In this document: positions 50,119-60,295 of the stretch, one piece after another
Layout: the number at the start of each line of letters is the position of its first letter
Position numbering within the stretch: position 1 is the stretch's first letter
Assembly: GCA_025061115.1 (NCBI GenBank)
Contig: JANZKC010000001.1
Span: 1-64,000, forward strand
Direction: 5' to 3'
Length of the DNA: 64,000 nt
Origin: Candidatus Culexmicrobium cathedralense
GTDB taxonomy: Archaea; Thermoproteota; Methanomethylicia; Culexarchaeales; Culexmicrobiaceae
Translations under genes and position numbers: made by a program
Notes under the pieces: generated by a model
What the model saw: the letters and a program-made list of their open reading frames with translations, nothing else
What the model was told of the DNA's origin: nothing
Databases searched by the model: none

Positions 50119-51051
50119 ATGGCTTTCAGGTTTTTGATCGTTGAGCCAATCCATAAAGATGGCATCGATATTCTTCGCAGATTTGGCGAAGTAATTGAGC
50201 TTCCTCCCATGAGTAAAGTTGAAGATTTGAAGGAAGCCATCGTTGATGTTGATGCGATTGTTTCCAGGGGATTTATAAAGATTACTAGGGATGTTTTATT
50301 GGCTGCTAAGCGCTTGAAGGTCATTGGCGTTCATGGCGTCGGCATTGACCACATTGATCTTGAGGCTGCCAAAGAATTGGGAATTAAGGTTATTAATACT
50401 CCTGCTGCTTTAACTGACACTGTTGCTGAATTTACTATCGGTATGATTCTTTCATTGCTTAGACGCATTCCTCAAGCTGATAGGGCGGTTAGGTTGGGAG
50501 AATGGCATCGCAAATTCAGTGATTTGATCGGCTTTGATTTGGCCGGCAAAACTATAGGTATTGTGGGTTTAGGTAGAATTGGTAGTGCTGTAGCTTGGAG
50601 ACTAAAAAATTTCAATGTTAAGTTGATTTATTATGATAAGATTAGGAAGCCTGATTTAGAAAATGAATTAGGTATAGAATTTAAGTTGTTTGATGATCTG
50701 CTGAGGGAGTCTGATGTGATATGCATTCACGTGCCTTTAACTGAGGAGACTTTTCACATGTTTTCAAGTAGGGAGTTTAAATTGATGAAGGATGGCGTTT
50801 TCATTATCAACATGGCTAGGGGCTCCGTAATTGATGAAAAGGCTTTAGTTAAATATTTGAGGGGTGGTAAGATTGGAGGAGCTGCTCTCGACGTCTTTGA
50901 AGCTGAGCCACTACCTAATGATAGTCCTTTACTTGAATTTGATAATGTAATTTTAACTCCTCATCTGGGTGCTTCTTCGAGGGAGGCTCTTAGGAGAATG
51001 GCTATTGAAGTTGCAGTAGGAATTTTGAGGGAGCTCGGCGTTAATTTATAA
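50119..51051 (+). CDS. D-2-hydroxyacid dehydrogenase (SerA/glyoxylate reductase-like)
   Basis: GVGIDHID, GLGRIG, INMARG, ALDVF..EP, TPHLG. Confidence 0.92.
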   Translation: MAFRFLIVEPIHKDGIDILRRFGEVIELPPMSKVEDLKEAIVDVDAIVSRGFIKITRDVLLAAKRLKVIGVHGVGIDHIDLEAAKELGIKVINTPAALTDTVAEFTIGMILSLLRRIPQADRAVRLGEWHRKFSDLIGFDLAGKTIGIVGLGRIGSAVAWRLKNFNVKLIYYDKIRKPDLENELGIEFKLFDDLLRESDVICIHVPLTEETFHMFSSREFKLMKDGVFIINMARGSVIDEKALVKYLRGGKIGGAALDVFEAEPLPNDSPLLEFDNVILTPHLGASSREALRRMAIEVAVGILRELGVNL

Positions 51052-51111
51052 TACCTTTTACGTGATAATTCTTAATTTCATTTTAATGATTTCTTTAATA
51101 GATTAATAGGT

Positions 51112-51576
51112 CTAGTCTAATACATCTGGCCACTCACAGTATCCCATGTAACTTACTTCGGGGGGTTCTGTACCTTTAGGAGGATTAAATTCATCGCCAA
51201 AATAACTATAGTACACTATTGTAATATGGGTTGCAGGATATTGATAGTATCTGAAGGGGACATAACCGCCATTCTCCCCAGCAGCCCAATGCTCATTATC
51301 CTTAAGCACGTCACCACACCAAATTTGTATTTCAAGCTCAGTGTATGCTCCTTCCCAATAGAAATCTTGGATATAAAATGAAGTTACTGGATTGGGAAAT
51401 TCATGTGTTTCGTATGAATCTTCGTAAGGTAAATAACCAGCAAGCCACATATAGTTATTTCCTATTGATTGAGTTTCATCGGATTTTGTAATCGCCCTGT
51501 AGTTGGTTGAAATTATTATTGATGATGATATGCAGCATGCAATTAATAATATTAAATTTATTTTTTCATTTTTCAC
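51112..51576 (-). CDS. Hypothetical secreted acidic Tyr-rich protein
   Basis: Signal-peptide-like N-terminus. Confidence 0.6.
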   Translation of the reverse strand: MKNEKINLILLIACCISSSIIISTNYRAITKSDETQSIGNNYMWLAGYLPYEDSYETHEFPNPVTSFYIQDFYWEGAYTELEIQIWCGDVLKDNEHWAAGENGGYVPFRYYQYPATHITIVYYSYFGDEFNPPKGTEPPEVSYMGYCEWPDVLD

Positions 51577-51644
51577 GAAATATCACAAAAAATTTATAAT
51601 AATACACAATATTTAAATTTTTCTATGAAGATAATATGTAACTG

Positions 51645-52730
51645 ATGGTAAGGCATTTCAGTTCATCGGATTTGAAGGTGCATGTAATAGCATATTTAAT
51701 ACTCATTAGCATGCTCGTTCAATATGGTTTGGTATTTGATCCATCTTTACAGTTTTTGCGTATTGCTCATGCTCAACGTGAATTTGACTACTTTTATATT
51801 TTTGTTAAAGCTGATGGCACTGTAGTTGCTGGAATAAAGTGTAATTATATTGAGCTGCCTTTCTACATTCCCTATATTCCCTCTTCAGAGTATGCTGATC
51901 ATTACCTTGAAGTTATGTATGTTGTGGATGATGGTTTAAGTTGTGAACTTATGTTAAATCTAAATGTTATGAGTGAGAGTGAAGCTGATGTTCATGCTGC
52001 AAATATCAAGAAGGCTCTTGAAGATTGGCTTGGAATTCAATTTGAATTGAAATCCAGACGTAGACAATCCGTCTTTGCAGCACCTCTTGGAATCACAATT
52101 AAAAATATATTTTATAATTTTACTTCCGAAAATTTCAATCAAGATGTAATTATTGATAAGTTTCTAAGCTTAAAACCAGATCAAGGATGGATGATATTAA
52201 TAAATAGGAAAAATTTGTCTAAGGGCGATCGCTTTTTACTACAGATTTATCCCGGCTCACGTTTCGGTAGACTTCTAATACTCAAATACTTTTATAATTA
52301 CTTTAATTTTAAAGTTGGAAACACTTATACACTAGATGTATTTAAACTATTCAACTTCACTGGTCCACTAAAGATCCATCCTATGGCAGAGCATAATAGT
52401 AGAGTAGAGATATGGCTTTTAAGTTACGGCGCACCCTCCAATATTCAAGCTCAAATAATTAATATAGAAATCCCATTTGATTATAGAGTTCTTAAGCGTA
52501 CCTGTGCAAATAGACAATGTTTCACAATAGAAAATTTCGATGGCCGTCAATATACTCTTACTGGCGGTGATGTAGTCGAATATTTGCGTGTAACCTTTAA
52601 AATTGTTGAGTATGGATATAAAATGCCGGATATTGGTGTGCAGAATGTTATTGGCATAATACTTGCCTGTATGGCTGTACTCTTATCAGTGGCGTTAGTG
52701 TATAGAATTCGTTCGAGGAGGCATGGCTGA
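51645..52730 (+). CDS. Hypothetical surface protein with C-terminal TM anchor
   Basis: N-terminal signal; C-terminal TM plus basic tail RIRSRRHG. Confidence 0.7.
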   Translation: MVRHFSSSDLKVHVIAYLILISMLVQYGLVFDPSLQFLRIAHAQREFDYFYIFVKADGTVVAGIKCNYIELPFYIPYIPSSEYADHYLEVMYVVDDGLSCELMLNLNVMSESEADVHAANIKKALEDWLGIQFELKSRRRQSVFAAPLGITIKNIFYNFTSENFNQDVIIDKFLSLKPDQGWMILINRKNLSKGDRFLLQIYPGSRFGRLLILKYFYNYFNFKVGNTYTLDVFKLFNFTGPLKIHPMAEHNSRVEIWLLSYGAPSNIQAQIINIEIPFDYRVLKRTCANRQCFTIENFDGRQYTLTGGDVVEYLRVTFKIVEYGYKMPDIGVQNVIGIILACMAVLLSVALVYRIRSRRHG

Positions 52731-53065
52731 TTTATCTAACTTCCTCTCTAAGGAATTTTATGTGCGAGGCTGCTATTAATGCTATTAGTATTGATGTTAT
52801 TATTGCCATATTTGGCCATAAGAGTGCTGGACTCCCTATTACTGTTAGTGGTCTGCCTAGGGAGCCTATTAGGAATCGAATTTTGCATTTAAAAGGTTCA
52901 TGCTGAATAGTGCTGTTTTATTCGTGAACTATGTAAAATTTAGTAATTCTACCCTGTGTTTAGTAATTGTAGTAATATGTGTGGATAAAAATGCACATCT
53001 ATTTCATGAAAGTCAGTTGTTGATCATTAATTCATGCTAATAGATGTTAAAATAATTTTAATTTA

Positions 53066-53464
53066 TTATTTTATTAATTTATCGATTATTTCTTTGATCT
53101 TTTTGAGGTTTTCTATCGCCCATTCTAGGTAGTCAAGTCCTTCTTCGGTTATTAGGTATATTCTTTTTGCTGGGCCTCCTTCCTCTATATCCCATTTTGA
53201 TGTTAAGAATCCTAGCTTTTCCATTCTCCTTAGCACTCCGTAGATTATTGGTTTTGGCGCGTCTACATCATATTTATCTTTTAGTTGGCGATAGATTTCT
53301 CCGCCGTGTATTTGGCTTTTCTTTAAAATTTTTAGTATCAGTATGTGTAGCAATCCCCTTATTGGTGTTTTTGTGAAGAATATGTGTTCACGTTTTTTAT
53401 GATGCCTTATCTTATGATGGTGATGTTCATATCCTCCATATATGTTTTCGAGCAAAAATGTCAC
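53066..53464 (-). CDS. PadR-family regulator with His-rich N-terminus
   Basis: RGLLHILIL...HGGEI...IYGVLRRME...GPAKRIY.IT. Confidence 0.88.
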   Translation of the reverse strand: MTFLLENIYGGYEHHHHKIRHHKKREHIFFTKTPIRGLLHILILKILKKSQIHGGEIYRQLKDKYDVDAPKPIIYGVLRRMEKLGFLTSKWDIEEGGPAKRIYLITEEGLDYLEWAIENLKKIKEIIDKLIK

Positions 53465-53465
53465 C

Positions 53466-53492
53466 TATCTATGAATATAATATTCTTAGATA
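53466..53492. promoter_or_regulatory. Inverted repeat upstream of padR (candidate autoregulatory operator)
   Basis: TATCTA-t-GAATAT-a-ATATTC-t-TAGATA, between a minus-strand TTTATA box and the start codon. Confidence 0.55.
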
Positions 53493-53612
53493 TAAAATTT
53501 ATCCTAGTATAATGGCTTCCATTTACATTTTTGGAATTTGGTTGGCGAAACAATTTAGGTGTATTGGGTATGATTCAAGAATTTTGGTTAAGAGTGAAAT
53601 TGCATTATTATT

Positions 53613-55301
53613 TTAGAGTTTTACTAGGACTTCTGAAGCTGCTTTTACTTGGGTTTTCACATCTACTATGGCTGTGCATTCATTTTCAGTTGCTGCTTTG
53701 ATTGCTTCTTTAATTGTTTCTTTGAGTTCGCTTGGCTTTTCAACTCTATAGCCTTTGCATTTGAATGCTTCGGCTATTTCAGCGTAGTTTAGCTCTGTGA
53801 AGTCTGTTGAAATTGTTTTCCCAAAGTAGTTTAGTTGGGCCATTTTTATCCATCCAAAGGAGCCGTTGTTTAGTACTATGTAGATTGTTGGGATTTTCAG
53901 TCTGCGGGAGGTTTCTAGTTCGTGGATTGAGTATGCGAATCCTCCATCTCCTCCCATTCCTACTACTAATTTGTTTGGTGAGGCTATTTTTGCTCCTAAT
54001 GTTAGTGGGAATCCGACGCCTATTCCGGCCATTCCTCTTGGCGCTATGAAGTATCTACCCTTTGATTGGATGGTGTAGTATATTGCTCCGTAGAATGAGG
54101 CCATGCTGCCATCACATATGAATACTGCATTTCTTGGCAGGATGCTTCTTAGCTCTTTAATTATTCTTGGTACGCTTATTGGAGTCTCATCTGAGCTCAT
54201 TATCTTCTCCGCTTCTTTCCTCCATTTCTCCACTACCTTTTTAATTTCAGCTCTTCTTTGAGATACAGTGAGTAGGTGATCTTTATTGGCGATGTTCTTA
54301 ATGGTTTTAATTAATTGTTGGAGCGTTGCTTTTGCATCTCCTATTAATGGGACTTCGGTGGGAAAGTTTCTTCCAATTTCATTTGGATCGATGTCTATGT
54401 GAATTATCTTGGCTGTTTTTGATGGTAGTGTCCAGTTTAACGTAGCGTATTGTCCTGTTTTGCATCCTACAATTATTGCCAGATCGGCTTCTTCTAGGAA
54501 TTTGTTTGCGCACTCCTTTAGGGTGGCTCCTCCCACGCCTACACTTAATGGATGGTCTTCGGGGATGGATCCTTTGCCAGTTATTGTTGTTACTACTGGA
54601 ATTGTTAGCAGTTCTGATAGCTGGATGACTTCGTCCCAGGCTTGGGAAATTATTACTCCTCCGCCAGCAAGTATAACTGGCTTCTTTGACTTCAAAATTA
54701 GCTTTGCTGCCTTCAAGATATGGTCATGGCTTGGAGTTGGTCGAGCTGATGGATATGTGGAGTATTTTGGATTAACTGAGATTTCCTCCTCTTTGATGCC
54801 TGTTTCTCCCATTAGGATGTCCATTGGAATGTTTAGGTGGACTGGGCCTGGCCTACCGCTTGTGGCGATTTTGAATGCTTCATTTACATGTGGCATTATT
54901 TTTGATGGTTCGGTTATGTTGAAGCTTGCCTTGACGAATGGCTTTAGCATTGAGATTTGATCGCAGCTTTGGGATGCCCACTTATTTGCCGTCCAGGTTG
55001 GATTGTCGGATGTTATTGCTATTAGTGGAATTGAAGCTCCCCAAGCCTCTGCGACACTTGGTACTAGGTGGGTTGCACCTGGACCTACAGTTGCATCACA
55101 TACTCCTGGCTTGTATTTGATCATTGAATACGCCATGGCCGCGTAGCCGGCGCAGCGCTCACATCTAAACATGAGATGATCTATTTTAGGCGACTCCAAT
55201 ATTCCCCAGTACAATGCCAGCGTTTGTCCTCCGGGAACTCCAAATACATGTTCAACTTCATATTTCTCCAGCATTTTTGCGAGTAGGAAGCCTCCAATCA
55301 T
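53613..55301 (-). CDS. Thiamine-diphosphate-dependent enzyme (acetolactate synthase large subunit-like)
   Basis: FGVPGG, GPGAT, GRPGPVHL, GDGGF...LNN TPP motif. Confidence 0.9.
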   Translation of the reverse strand: MIGGFLLAKMLEKYEVEHVFGVPGGQTLALYWGILESPKIDHLMFRCERCAGYAAMAYSMIKYKPGVCDATVGPGATHLVPSVAEAWGASIPLIAITSDNPTWTANKWASQSCDQISMLKPFVKASFNITEPSKIMPHVNEAFKIATSGRPGPVHLNIPMDILMGETGIKEEEISVNPKYSTYPSARPTPSHDHILKAAKLILKSKKPVILAGGGVIISQAWDEVIQLSELLTIPVVTTITGKGSIPEDHPLSVGVGGATLKECANKFLEEADLAIIVGCKTGQYATLNWTLPSKTAKIIHIDIDPNEIGRNFPTEVPLIGDAKATLQQLIKTIKNIANKDHLLTVSQRRAEIKKVVEKWRKEAEKIMSSDETPISVPRIIKELRSILPRNAVFICDGSMASFYGAIYYTIQSKGRYFIAPRGMAGIGVGFPLTLGAKIASPNKLVVGMGGDGGFAYSIHELETSRRLKIPTIYIVLNNGSFGWIKMAQLNYFGKTISTDFTELNYAEIAEAFKCKGYRVEKPSELKETIKEAIKAATENECTAIVDVKTQVKAASEVLVKL

Positions 55302-55425
55302 GATGTGAACCCAAATAGTATTGTTGGTATTGGAGATTTAAAATGTTCAGTATAGGCTAAATTCATTATCAATATGATTGATTATCTGTTAAAACTTAAA
55401 TTTGTAGAGCTGAAATAATTTTGCT

Positions 55426-56313
55426 ATGAAAGTTACTGTTTTAGGCTCGGCTCAGGACGGCGGCTTTCCAGAGTGGGATTGCAATTGCTTAAACTGCCGC
55501 CTATCTAGGCAGAATGCCTTGAAGTTTAGGTTTAGATCTTCATTAGCAGTTGAAAGCGAAAATGGCTGCATTGTAGTTTTAGATGCATCTCCAGATCTTA
55601 AAAGCCAGATTAGCATGCTTAGGCCTTATAGCAGGAGAATTAGTGAAGCCTATGCAGGTAGAGTTGCGCCCATCGATGCCATCCTAATTACTCATGCACA
55701 TTGGGGACACATCATGGGTCTTTTGGAGCTTTCAGCTGGATATCCATTCAAGATTCCAGTTTACTGCTCACATTACGTAGCTTCAATCATTCGCAGTTCA
55801 CGAATTTTCAAATCGCTTGTTGATGGCAATTTCATTGATATTATCGAGTTTGGTGATGGCGATGTTCTTGATGTTGTTGATTGGAGAGGTAGGAGAACTG
55901 GTTTGAAGTTTGAGGCATTCAAAGTTCCCCATAGAGAAGACTTTACCGACACTTATGGATTCAAAGTATTTGACAAAAAAGCGTCTATTGTGTACATTCC
56001 CGACATTAAAACGTTGAGTAACAATATTTTAAGTAGAATTGAAGGTTCTAATGCACTATTTTTTGAAGGAACATTCTATTGGGAAGATGAATTGTGGAGA
56101 ATTAGCGGCATAAGGAGGACGTCGACTGAGCTTGGCCACATTCCAATGGTTGAAAGCTTATCGATTTTAAAGGAATTACAGGTCAATTTAAAGTACTATA
56201 TTCACTTAAATCACACCAACCCCACTCTTAGAAGCAACAGTGATGAAAGAAGAACAATTGAAAAAGCTGGATTAAGAATTGCATTCGATGGCTTAGCCAT
56301 CGAATTTAGATGA
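55426..56313 (+). CDS. PqqB-like metallo-beta-lactamase-fold protein
   Basis: LGSAQDGGFPEWDCNCLNC, DASPD, THAHWGH, GH, IHLNHTNP. Confidence 0.8.
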   Translation: MKVTVLGSAQDGGFPEWDCNCLNCRLSRQNALKFRFRSSLAVESENGCIVVLDASPDLKSQISMLRPYSRRISEAYAGRVAPIDAILITHAHWGHIMGLLELSAGYPFKIPVYCSHYVASIIRSSRIFKSLVDGNFIDIIEFGDGDVLDVVDWRGRRTGLKFEAFKVPHREDFTDTYGFKVFDKKASIVYIPDIKTLSNNILSRIEGSNALFFEGTFYWEDELWRISGIRRTSTELGHIPMVESLSILKELQVNLKYYIHLNHTNPTLRSNSDERRTIEKAGLRIAFDGLAIEFR

Positions 56314-56416
56314 GCACATTGATGTAATATTTTGAGTTATGTTAAATTAAATTTTTCATAATGTTTTGAATGTAATTTTACATCAAAAATATTAACATCA
56401 AATTTCCTATTATGCG

Positions 56417-57193
56417 TTGAGAGTGATGGGTTTGGTGGATTTAAATGTTGAATTGGCTGGATTGCCAAAAACTGGTAAGCTTTACCTTGAAGATTCTTAC
56501 TTGAAATGCTGTGAAAGTAGGGTTTTGAAGGTTATTCGTGATAGGGGTTCGAGGGCATATGTAGTTCTTGATAGAAGCGTTTTTCATCCTAGGGGCGGTG
56601 GGCAGCCTAGTGATGTTGGAGTGATTAGGTGTGGCAGCTTGGTTTTCATGGTTAGAAAGGTTTTGAATGTTAATGGAGTTTTGGCTCACTATGGAAAATT
56701 TGTTGATGGTCAATTTGCTGAAAATTGTTTGGTTCAATGTGAGGTTGATTGGGGTTTTAGATTTAAGGTAATGAAGCTGCATACTACAGGCCATATTTTG
56801 GATTATGCTTTGCGGGTTGTTTATGGTGAGGTTGTTGACACACTTGCAGCATTTCATGGGCCGCCGAAAGCATATACCATTTACGCTGCAAGAGTTCCAT
56901 CAAATAATGAAGTCAAATTAATTGAGAAAATAGCTAATGAGATTGTAAGTGAAAATAGGCCCGTCAAGATTATATTCGTTAATAGGGATGAATTGCTTAG
57001 AATTACATTTAATGCTCCAAATTTAGGAAGATTGCCTAAAAGCGATCTTTATAGGGTTGTTGTCATTGAGGGAGTTAATGGCATTCCATGCACTGGAACT
57101 CACATTAGAATGACCGGTGAGATCGAGAGAATTAAAATTGTTGATGTAGAAGAAGTTGAAGGTGGATTTAAACTATATTATGATGTTAGTTAG
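56417..57193 (+). CDS. AlaX-like alanyl-tRNA editing protein
   Basis: LYLEDSY, FHPRGGGQPSD, HTTGH and CTGTH Zn ligands. Confidence 0.85.
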   Translation: MRVMGLVDLNVELAGLPKTGKLYLEDSYLKCCESRVLKVIRDRGSRAYVVLDRSVFHPRGGGQPSDVGVIRCGSLVFMVRKVLNVNGVLAHYGKFVDGQFAENCLVQCEVDWGFRFKVMKLHTTGHILDYALRVVYGEVVDTLAAFHGPPKAYTIYAARVPSNNEVKLIEKIANEIVSENRPVKIIFVNRDELLRITFNAPNLGRLPKSDLYRVVVIEGVNGIPCTGTHIRMTGEIERIKIVDVEEVEGGFKLYYDVS

Positions 57194-57218
57194 GATTGAA
57201 AGAAGAGTTATTTAACTT

Positions 57219-59006
57219 CTATTCGAAGTCCATTGCATTGTATATTTCTTCGGGCAGTCCTGGACAATTTTTGTTTAAGTAGTATTTGCTTTCTTCTATT
57301 TGCGCTTTAAGTAGTGCCTTGAATTCCTCCATTGATAAGTATGTTGTTGGCATTAATTCTTTAAGTCTCTCACTACTTATTCCTGGAACTTCCACTGGGA
57401 TTAACACTTTTTCTCCCCATACTGGGTGCGGCTTATATTTTACTGCTCCACGCACTGCTTGCAGGAGAAACAGTTCTGTTTCTTCTATTGAGGGCCTAGT
57501 TCCACCAGTTGCTTTAGGTATGCCGTCAACTTCAACTAAAACTGGTTCTGGAGCCATGATTGTTTTATTGCCAATCTTCTTTTCAACCCACTTGTATTTT
57601 GCAATTATTCTTCCAGTAGTATTAAATTGATATACTTCTATTGGATCTCCCTTTTCTTTGCGCTTCTTTAGGTATTGATAAAATCTTACTACGTGTGCAG
57701 TGTTTGTCACTCCCATCGTAAATGGATGCGCATATCTAGCAACATACCTAACTTTACCTACAACTTCCTTTGCTTGCGCGGGATGTCCAATTGTTCTTCC
57801 ATCTGCAAGTACCTTTGCAGCTAATGCTTCATCTACAATTTTAATCCAAGCGTAATCTGTGAAGTATCCTGGAGTTAGGAATACTGCTGTGGTTAATGGT
57901 CCACTTGACGCTACATCACCATCAAAGTATCCGGTGTCCTCTAGGTAAATTACGCTTCTTGAATTCTTGTTTGGAGCGCCGAAATATTGGAATAATTTTC
58001 CTTCGAAGCATGGAAGCCCTTTTTCATTAAACTCGGTGTTTTCATGTAGTGCTCTTGGACTCATGGCTGCATTCCACATTGCCTCTTGCTGTGGAGTAAG
58101 GTCTTCAGTTTTTGTCCAGCATCCCCGTTCGGAGCCTATTACTTTATCTTCAAATATTGCTACTATATCATCATTTTTTATAGCTTGATCTTTAACGTAT
58201 TCGAGTGGATTTACACCGAAGTTTTCGATGTATAGTTTGGAATTTCTTTCTGTCCATACATATAATCCATGAGTTGATTTTCCAGTTCCAGTTAATCCCC
58301 ATACGCATAGTACTATTCTCTTCCATGTTCCATCTACCCGTTTAACCGTAAATTCTCTTAATGATGCATGTTCACCTGTTCCTCCACGCTGATAGACGTG
58401 GTATATCCAGTGGGTTAGAACTGCTTTCTTGACTTCTCCTTGATATGATGATGCAGTTATAATGGTGAAATTGTGATGGGGGAACCTCATTACCATTAGC
58501 ATTCTATTTGTGCCTGGAATATTGGGATTTTTGAGGTAGTGTGGGATTACGAATACTTCTACATCAGGTTTTTCATTTGGTGGAGCTTGAAATACTAGTT
58601 GCTTCCACCTATAAGCGATGTCCGGAAATTGCGGATCAACATAAACTGTAGCATGCATTTGGGCTTTCGTTCCAGGCTTACCAACATATCCATCAACTTT
58701 AATTAGTGGTCCTTGGGCTAAAATGTGCTCTAAAACTCTAACTAAGAGCAATTTATGTTCATATTGAAGCTGATCATCATCTTCAATAACGACCGTATTT
58801 GCAGCTGATCTGCTCCAAATATTTGAAGCCCAATTCCAAGATCCATTCTTATACTGATTGCCATAAAGCTTAGCTCTATCAAGAAGATCTGGAGGATTAT
58901 CAAGTATAGCTTTCAATCCAACTTTCTCTTTTACTTCAATTATTTTTCTAAATGCTTCCTTAAATTTAACTGGAGTCATATCCTCAATTTTGGGAATAAT
59001 CGCCAC
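57219..59006 (-). CDS. pckA: Phosphoenolpyruvate carboxykinase (ATP-type, divergent)
   Basis: RSAANT, YQGEVKK, HAS, GLTGTGKST, NDD, ERGCWTKT, NSR, NTTG. Confidence 0.75.
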   Translation of the reverse strand: MAIIPKIEDMTPVKFKEAFRKIIEVKEKVGLKAILDNPPDLLDRAKLYGNQYKNGSWNWASNIWSRSAANTVVIEDDDQLQYEHKLLLVRVLEHILAQGPLIKVDGYVGKPGTKAQMHATVYVDPQFPDIAYRWKQLVFQAPPNEKPDVEVFVIPHYLKNPNIPGTNRMLMVMRFPHHNFTIITASSYQGEVKKAVLTHWIYHVYQRGGTGEHASLREFTVKRVDGTWKRIVLCVWGLTGTGKSTHGLYVWTERNSKLYIENFGVNPLEYVKDQAIKNDDIVAIFEDKVIGSERGCWTKTEDLTPQQEAMWNAAMSPRALHENTEFNEKGLPCFEGKLFQYFGAPNKNSRSVIYLEDTGYFDGDVASSGPLTTAVFLTPGYFTDYAWIKIVDEALAAKVLADGRTIGHPAQAKEVVGKVRYVARYAHPFTMGVTNTAHVVRFYQYLKKRKEKGDPIEVYQFNTTGRIIAKYKWVEKKIGNKTIMAPEPVLVEVDGIPKATGGTRPSIEETELFLLQAVRGAVKYKPHPVWGEKVLIPVEVPGISSERLKELMPTTYLSMEEFKALLKAQIEESKYYLNKNCPGLPEEIYNAMDFE

Positions 59007-59083
59007 GGCCTACACCTCCACCGCATCTAGTAACTTTAAAACAAAGCAGGGGTATAAATTATTTTAGATGCTTGGTGAATTAA

Positions 59084-59872
59084 ATGATGAGTCTTGAAGA
59101 TTTGTTGCTGAATCTTTCTGGAGGAAATCCACTTTTATTGGGTCTTCTTGGAGGACTTGTAACTGCTTTACTTAATGCTTTGGGTGCTACTCCAGTCTTA
59201 TTCATTAAGAAGCTTCCTGAAAGATTAAGCGATTTAGGAATGGGGTTTGCAGCTGGAGTTATGCTTGCAGCCAGCTTTACTAGCTTAATTGTTCCTGGAA
59301 TTGAGATTGGAGGCATAATTCCAGTTATTATTGGCATCGCGTTGGGAGCAGCCATGGTGAATTTTGCGGATATGATTGTTCCGCACATGCATGTAATTAT
59401 TGGGAGGGAAGGAATTGCTACTGATAGGTTGAGGGGTATATGGCTCTTCGTGTTGGCTATGACTCTACATAACATGCCTGAAGGACTTGCCGTTGGAGTT
59501 GACTTTGGCTCTGGAAACATCAAAGAAGCCATAGTACTTATGCTTGCAATTGGATTGCAAAATATTCCCGAAGGCCTTTCAGTTGGCTTTTCAATACTTG
59601 CTGAGGGAAGTAAAAGCCGACTTTACGCTTATTTAGCTGCAGTCATCTCTGGACTCGTGGAGCCGCCCTTAAGCCTAGTAGGTGCAAGCACAGTAGTTTT
59701 AGCGAAAAGCATTTTGCCTTACGCCATGGGATTTGCAGCTGGAGCAATGATATTCGTTATAAGTGATGAAATAATTCCGGAGAGCAACAGAATTGGCCAT
59801 GAAAAAATCTCAACATATGGCTTGATTGTAGGATTCATATTAATGCTTTACTTGGATGTAGCTTTAAGCTAG
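59084..59872 (+). CDS. ZIP-family (GufA/ZupT-like) metal transporter
   Basis: GFAAGVML, LHNMPEG, QNIPEG, FAAGAMI...EIIPES. Confidence 0.92.
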   Translation: MMSLEDLLLNLSGGNPLLLGLLGGLVTALLNALGATPVLFIKKLPERLSDLGMGFAAGVMLAASFTSLIVPGIEIGGIIPVIIGIALGAAMVNFADMIVPHMHVIIGREGIATDRLRGIWLFVLAMTLHNMPEGLAVGVDFGSGNIKEAIVLMLAIGLQNIPEGLSVGFSILAEGSKSRLYAYLAAVISGLVEPPLSLVGASTVVLAKSILPYAMGFAAGAMIFVISDEIIPESNRIGHEKISTYGLIVGFILMLYLDVALS

Positions 59873-59918
59873 CGAATTGCATTCAAATGCAAGTTCATTT
59901 TGAAACTGTATTGTTAAA

Positions 59919-60140
59919 TCATAAAAATGCAATGTACGTTATTAGAATGCCCAATAGGACGAAAAATGTTAGAACTGCCATGTCAACCGGCCTCAAAAAT
60001 GAGGTTATCAGCACTATAAAGCTAGCGATCGTGAGAAATGGAGGTTCCCTAAAGAATGACTCTGGAGCTACATAAAAAATAATTCCGATCCAAATTATAG
60101 TAAATAATATTGAAGGAATTAGCCTATTTCTAATCGACAT
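59919..60140 (-). CDS. Small hydrophobic membrane protein
   Basis: Three predicted TM segments in 73 aa. Confidence 0.55.
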   Translation of the reverse strand: MSIRNRLIPSILFTIIWIGIIFYVAPESFFREPPFLTIASFIVLITSFLRPVDMAVLTFFVLLGILITYIAFL

Positions 60141-60295
60141 CGATAATAACTTCCATTAATACGAGGGTGGATGAACTATTTATAGATGTTGTACCAAATG
60201 GTCTGATCATAAATTAATTATTAATTAAAATAAAAATAAATAATTTTGACCATCTCATGTTAGCCTTTAAATTCAACTTTAAAATTAATATAGGC

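Noticed and set aside
60167-60206. Possible C/D box sRNA (GGATGA...CTGA)
   Set aside because: Imperfect C box, too short, no clear D'/C' boxes and no recognisable rRNA complement
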